Shown here one piece after another: positions 60,062 through 64,000 of a DNA stretch of 64,000 nt (position 1 is the stretch's first letter; each line of letters starts with the position of its first letter). Location: NCBI GenBank assembly GCA_963718615.1, contig OY970368.1, forward strand, positions 384,001 to 448,000. Reading direction: 5' to 3'. The DNA is from an uncultured cyanobacterium (GTDB lineage: Bacteria > Cyanobacteriota > Cyanobacteriia > PCC-9006 > JAAUQQ01). The notes beneath the pieces are model-generated. The model searched no databases, was not told where the DNA came from, and saw only the letters and a program-made list of their open reading frames with translations. The translations under genes were made by a program, and so were the position numbers.

Positions 60062-61099
60062 TTGTCGCAGTCCTATCGAGTCGCAGTTCTAGGCGCAACG
60101 GGTGCCGTCGGCACTGAATTGTTGGAACTACTGGAAAGTCGTCAATTTCCCCTGTCGCATTTGAAGCTGTTGGCTTCGCCTCGGTCCGCCGGGAGTGAGC
60201 TGCGTTTTGCTGGGGAGAGGCTAAAAATTGAAGCCGTGACAGAGATGTCGTTCAAAGATATTGATCTCGTTCTGGCTTCTGCGGGGGGGAGTACTTCAAA
60301 GCAGTGGGCTCCCGTCGCGGTCAAGGCCGGTGCGGTCATGATTGATAACTCCAGCGCGTTTCGGATGCAGCCAGAGGTGCCATTAGTGGTTCCGGAAGTG
60401 AATCCTGAGGCGGCCAAGGGACATGCTGGCATTATTGCCAATCCTAACTGCACGACGATTTTGATGGCTGTAGCGCTCTGGCCCCTGCACCAACAGATTC
60501 CCATTCGGCGACTGATTGTCTCAACCTATCAGTCTGCGAGTGGTGCGGGGGCAAGGGCCATGGAAGAGCTAAAAACCCAGAGTCAGGCGGTGTTAAACGG
60601 CGAAACGCCGCAACCGGAGATTCTGCCCTATCCCCTGGCCTTCAATTTGTTTCCCCATAATTCGCCCTTGAACGAGGCCGGATATTGCGAGGAAGAGATG
60701 AAGATGGTTAACGAGACCCGCAAGATCTTTGGCAATTCCACGATGCAGATTTCGGCGACCTGTGTACGGGTTCCCGTACTCCGTGCCCATTCTGAAGCCA
60801 TCAACATTGAGTTTGAGCAGCCTTTCTCAGTGGCTAAAGCCCGTGAACTGATCAACCAAGCACCCGGTGTCAAGCTGGTGGAAGACTGGCAGGCCAACTA
60901 TTTTCCGATGCCCATGGAGGCCAGTGGCCAAGATGATGTGCTGGTGGGGCGAATTCGTCAGGATCTGTCCTGCGATCGCGGTCTAGAGCTATGGATTTGT
61001 GGGGACCAGATCCGTAAAGGGGCGGCGCTCAATGCCATCCAGATTGCGGAACTTTTGGCCCAGCGACAATGGTTGACAGTCCCTGCGGCGATCGCCTAG
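60062..61099 (+). CDS. asd: Aspartate-semialdehyde dehydrogenase
   Basis: 'GATGAVG', 'DNSSAFR', 'ANPNCTT', 'TYQSASGAG'; GAGGAGG SD before TTG. Confidence 0.97.
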   Translation: MSQSYRVAVLGATGAVGTELLELLESRQFPLSHLKLLASPRSAGSELRFAGERLKIEAVTEMSFKDIDLVLASAGGSTSKQWAPVAVKAGAVMIDNSSAFRMQPEVPLVVPEVNPEAAKGHAGIIANPNCTTILMAVALWPLHQQIPIRRLIVSTYQSASGAGARAMEELKTQSQAVLNGETPQPEILPYPLAFNLFPHNSPLNEAGYCEEEMKMVNETRKIFGNSTMQISATCVRVPVLRAHSEAINIEFEQPFSVAKARELINQAPGVKLVEDWQANYFPMPMEASGQDDVLVGRIRQDLSCDRGLELWICGDQIRKGAALNAIQIAELLAQRQWLTVPAAIA

Positions 61100-61187
61100 C
61101 CCAGTCCCCGCTCTCCATCCGTTTGCAGCCTTTCAGGTCTTTTCAGGGCTTTTCAGGTATTGTATAGACGTTTTAGTGAGGCAGTGA

Positions 61188-62081
61188 GTGAGTAACTTCG
61201 GACGTGTTCTCACAGCAATGGTCACTCCCTTCAATGGGGAGGGAGCCGTCAATTACGCAGTGGCTGAGGCGCTGGCCGATTATTTGGCTAACCATGGCAC
61301 TGATACGCTTGTGATTTGTGGGACGACGGGGGAGTCGCCCACCCTCTCCTGGGATGAGGAATATGAACTCTTCAAGGTGGTGAAAGCGACCGTGGCGGGG
61401 AAGGCTAAGGTGATGGCGGGCACTGGCTCCAACTCCACCCGTGAGGCGATCGCCGCCACCCGCAAGGCCCAGGATCTGGGGCTTGACGGTACGTTGCAAG
61501 TGGTGCCGTACTACAACAAGCCGCCCCAGGAAGGGCTATATCGCCATTTTCGGGCGATCGCCGAGGCCTGTCCTGACATCCCCATGATGATCTACAACAT
61601 CCCTGGACGAACCGGCCAAAATCTCCACCCTGAAACCACTGTGCGTCTGGCAGAAGTCCCGAGCATTGTTGCGATCAAGGAAGCGAGTGGTAGTCTAGAG
61701 CAAGCGACGCAAATCAGAAGACTGGCACCTTCTGAGTTTGCGATCTATGCTGGAGATGACGCGTTGACATTACCGATGCTCTCCGTGGGCAGTCAAGGTA
61801 TCGTTAGTGTTGCCAGCCATTTGGTGGGTAACCTAATCCAAGAGATGGTTCAGGCCTTTGAAACGGGTCACAATGCGACAGCGATCGCCATCCATCTCAA
61901 ACTCCAACCTCTCTACAAGTCTCTATTCCTTATGACCAACCCGATTCCAATCAAAACTGCGCTTCGATTGCAGGGCTGGGATGTGGGAACGGTTCGCCCG
62001 CCGCTATGGGACGACTCCGAAGACTTAGCGCAAACCTTAAGGGCGGTTTTGGAGCAATTAGGCATTGCCAGTAGGGTGTAA
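61188..62081 (+). CDS. dapA: 4-hydroxy-tetrahydrodipicolinate synthase
   Basis: 'TAMVTPF', 'GTTGESPTL', 'PYYNKP', 'YNIPGRT', 'IKEASG'. Confidence 0.97.
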   Translation: MSNFGRVLTAMVTPFNGEGAVNYAVAEALADYLANHGTDTLVICGTTGESPTLSWDEEYELFKVVKATVAGKAKVMAGTGSNSTREAIAATRKAQDLGLDGTLQVVPYYNKPPQEGLYRHFRAIAEACPDIPMMIYNIPGRTGQNLHPETTVRLAEVPSIVAIKEASGSLEQATQIRRLAPSEFAIYAGDDALTLPMLSVGSQGIVSVASHLVGNLIQEMVQAFETGHNATAIAIHLKLQPLYKSLFLMTNPIPIKTALRLQGWDVGTVRPPLWDDSEDLAQTLRAVLEQLGIASRV

Positions 62082-62566
62082 ATGCATCAGGTTTTTCATC
62101 CAAGTTTTTTTCAGCCGATTGGTTTGGGCAAATCTGCTTTCTCATGGCCCAAGCCTTACCTGTATGGGGTGTCAGAGTCCGTCCAGCAGGGAATCAACTG
62201 CGGGGAAATTGCAGAAACTGCGAAGAATTGAACGTTTATCACGATGCCATCGCCCAGTTCAGTCTTAGTCCCGCTTTAGCCCCACCTTCTAGCTTCTCGA
62301 CCAGCGCAAACAACGCTCTAGAAAGATCCAGACCCTAGTCAAACTTTATAAAAACAACCCTAGATTGATACCCATGACTTAAATCTAAATTGAACGATTT
62401 CCCTTAAAAATATCGAGCGTGTCGGAGTCCCAGAAGGGCCTCCACAAGCGACCTTGCCCCAGGTTTGGATGAGCGATCGCTCATCCCCACGGCGTCGCTT
62501 CCTCTTCATCCACGCCTACACAAGTTTCGTTTCCCATTGTTTGAGTTGAAAAAGCTAAGGAGATTT

Positions 62567-64000
62567 ATGGTTAAAAACGGTTCAACCCCCGCACTCAAAG
62601 TCATTCCGCTAGGTGGACTGCATGAGATTGGCAAAAACACCTGTGTTTTTGAGTACGGCGATGAAATCGTGCTGCTAGATGCTGGATTGGCCTTCCCAAC
62701 CGACGGGATGCATGGCGTCAATCTGGTTTTGCCCGACATGACCTATTTGCGGGAGAATCAGCACCGCATTAAGGGCATGATTGTGACCCATGGTCATGAA
62801 GACCATATTGGTGGGATCCCGTTCCACCTGAAGCAAATCGATATTCCGATTATTTACGGCCCTCGGTTGGCCATGGCTCTCCTGGCAGGCAAGCTGGAAG
62901 AGGCGGGCGTGGCCGATCGCACAGAACTGCGGACGGTGGGTCCCCGCGACACCATTCGTCTCGGCAAAAACTTCCTCGTGGAATTCATCCGCAATACCCA
63001 TTCCATGGCGGACAGCTTCACAGTTGCCATCCGTACGCCAGTTGGGGTTGCCATCCATACGGGGGATTTCAAGATTGACCATACGCCGGTCGATGGCGAA
63101 CATTTTGACCTGCAAAAGCTGGCAGAATACGGTGAGCAAGGCGTTCTTTGTCTCATCAGTGATTCAACCAATTCTGAGGTCCCTGGTTTTACGCCCTCCG
63201 AGCGGGCCGTATTTCCCAATCTGGATCGGGAGTTTTTCCGGGCAGAGGGTCGCATTCTCGTCACGACGTTTGCCTCCTCGGTTCATCGGGTCAATATGAT
63301 TCTGGAGCTCGCCGCCAAACACAAGCGCAAAGTGGCAGTTTTAGGACGCTCGATGCTCAATGTCATTGAGAAAGCCCGGAACCTGGGTTATGTCCGCTGC
63401 AAGGATGACCTGTTTGTGCCGCTTAAAACTATTCGCAATATGGAGGACAAGGATGTCCTGATCCTCACGACGGGATCCCAGGGCGAGCCCTTAGCGGCCA
63501 TGACCCGGATTGCCCGAGGCGAGCATCAGCAGATTCAAGTTCGGCAAGGGGATACGGTTATCTTTTCGGCCAACCCGATTCCTGGCAATACGATCTCTGT
63601 GGTCAATACCATCGATAGCCTGATGCAAAAGGGCGCGAAGGTCATCTATGGCAAAGACAAGGGGATTCACGTTTCAGGCCATGGCTGTCAAGAAGATCAA
63701 AAGCTCATGATCGCCCTGACCCGACCGAAGTTCTTCCTGCCCGTGCATGGTGAGCATCGGATGCTGGTGAAGCACTCGGAAACCGCTCAGAGTATGGGCA
63801 TTCCTGCGGAAAACATGGTCGTGATTGACAACGGCGATGTGGTTGAGCTCACCCCCAACTCGATTGGTGTGATTGGCCAGGTGCCTTCGGGGATTGAGCT
63901 GGTTGACGGTTCTCGCCAGGGTATGGTGGACGATCGCGCGCTCAAAGAGCGTCAGCAGTTGGCAGAAGACGGGATTGTGACGGCTGCGGCCCTGATCAAT
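62567..64000 (+). CDS. rnj: Ribonuclease J, 3'-truncated by window edge
   Basis: AAGGAG SD; MVKNGSTPALKVIPLGGLHEIGKN, THGHEDHIG, HTGDFK, HVSGH, PVHGE. Confidence 0.96.
   Translation, partial: MVKNGSTPALKVIPLGGLHEIGKNTCVFEYGDEIVLLDAGLAFPTDGMHGVNLVLPDMTYLRENQHRIKGMIVTHGHEDHIGGIPFHLKQIDIPIIYGPRLAMALLAGKLEEAGVADRTELRTVGPRDTIRLGKNFLVEFIRNTHSMADSFTVAIRTPVGVAIHTGDFKIDHTPVDGEHFDLQKLAEYGEQGVLCLISDSTNSEVPGFTPSERAVFPNLDREFFRAEGRILVTTFASSVHRVNMILELAAKHKRKVAVLGRSMLNVIEKARNLGYVRCKDDLFVPLKTIRNMEDKDVLILTTGSQGEPLAAMTRIARGEHQQIQVRQGDTVIFSANPIPGNTISVVNTIDSLMQKGAKVIYGKDKGIHVSGHGCQEDQKLMIALTRPKFFLPVHGEHRMLVKHSETAQSMGIPAENMVVIDNGDVVELTPNSIGVIGQVPSGIELVDGSRQGMVDDRALKERQQLAEDGIVTAAALIN

Larger units (their letters stand above)
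1..64000. repeat. Dispersed HIP1 octamers (GCGATCGC)
   Basis: Very frequent in core genes; none noticed by eye in the cassette intervals 31573-33813 and 43140-44204. Confidence 0.9.

Noticed and set aside
1-64000. tRNA/rRNA genes, prophage genes, integron integrase
   Set aside because: None recognised by eye; a covariance or HMM search would be needed to exclude them formally.

Overview
Cyanobacterial chromosomal window: HIP1 octamers (GCGATCGC) are abundant, psaM is present, and the tig-clpP-clpX / asd-dapA-rnj blocks are conserved. Core genes include hupE-cobW under a cobalamin riboswitch, ubiX, rnr, phoU, speE, rbp, iscS, putA, an adenylate cyclase, and unlinked herA-like and nurA genes. 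There are two accessory zones. (1) A four-gene chaperone-usher fimbrial operon at 22.1-26.8 kb. (2) An AT-richer, IS-scarred island at about 31.1-44.3 kb. The main finding is in that island: an integron-like system with no integrase gene in the window. Two colinear copies of a 301-bp non-coding element (33513-33813 and 43904-44204) are built from ~41-bp periodic GATAAC/TATTATC units, and their homology ends exactly at a GTT core. Each copy is followed on the minus strand by a gene cassette ending in an 88-bp attC-like site whose R'' box complements that cassette's own 5' core. Between the two platforms lies 7.4 kb of cargo bracketed by the two halves of an IS702-like element. All calls come from reading the sequence and recalling protein families; no database searches were run.
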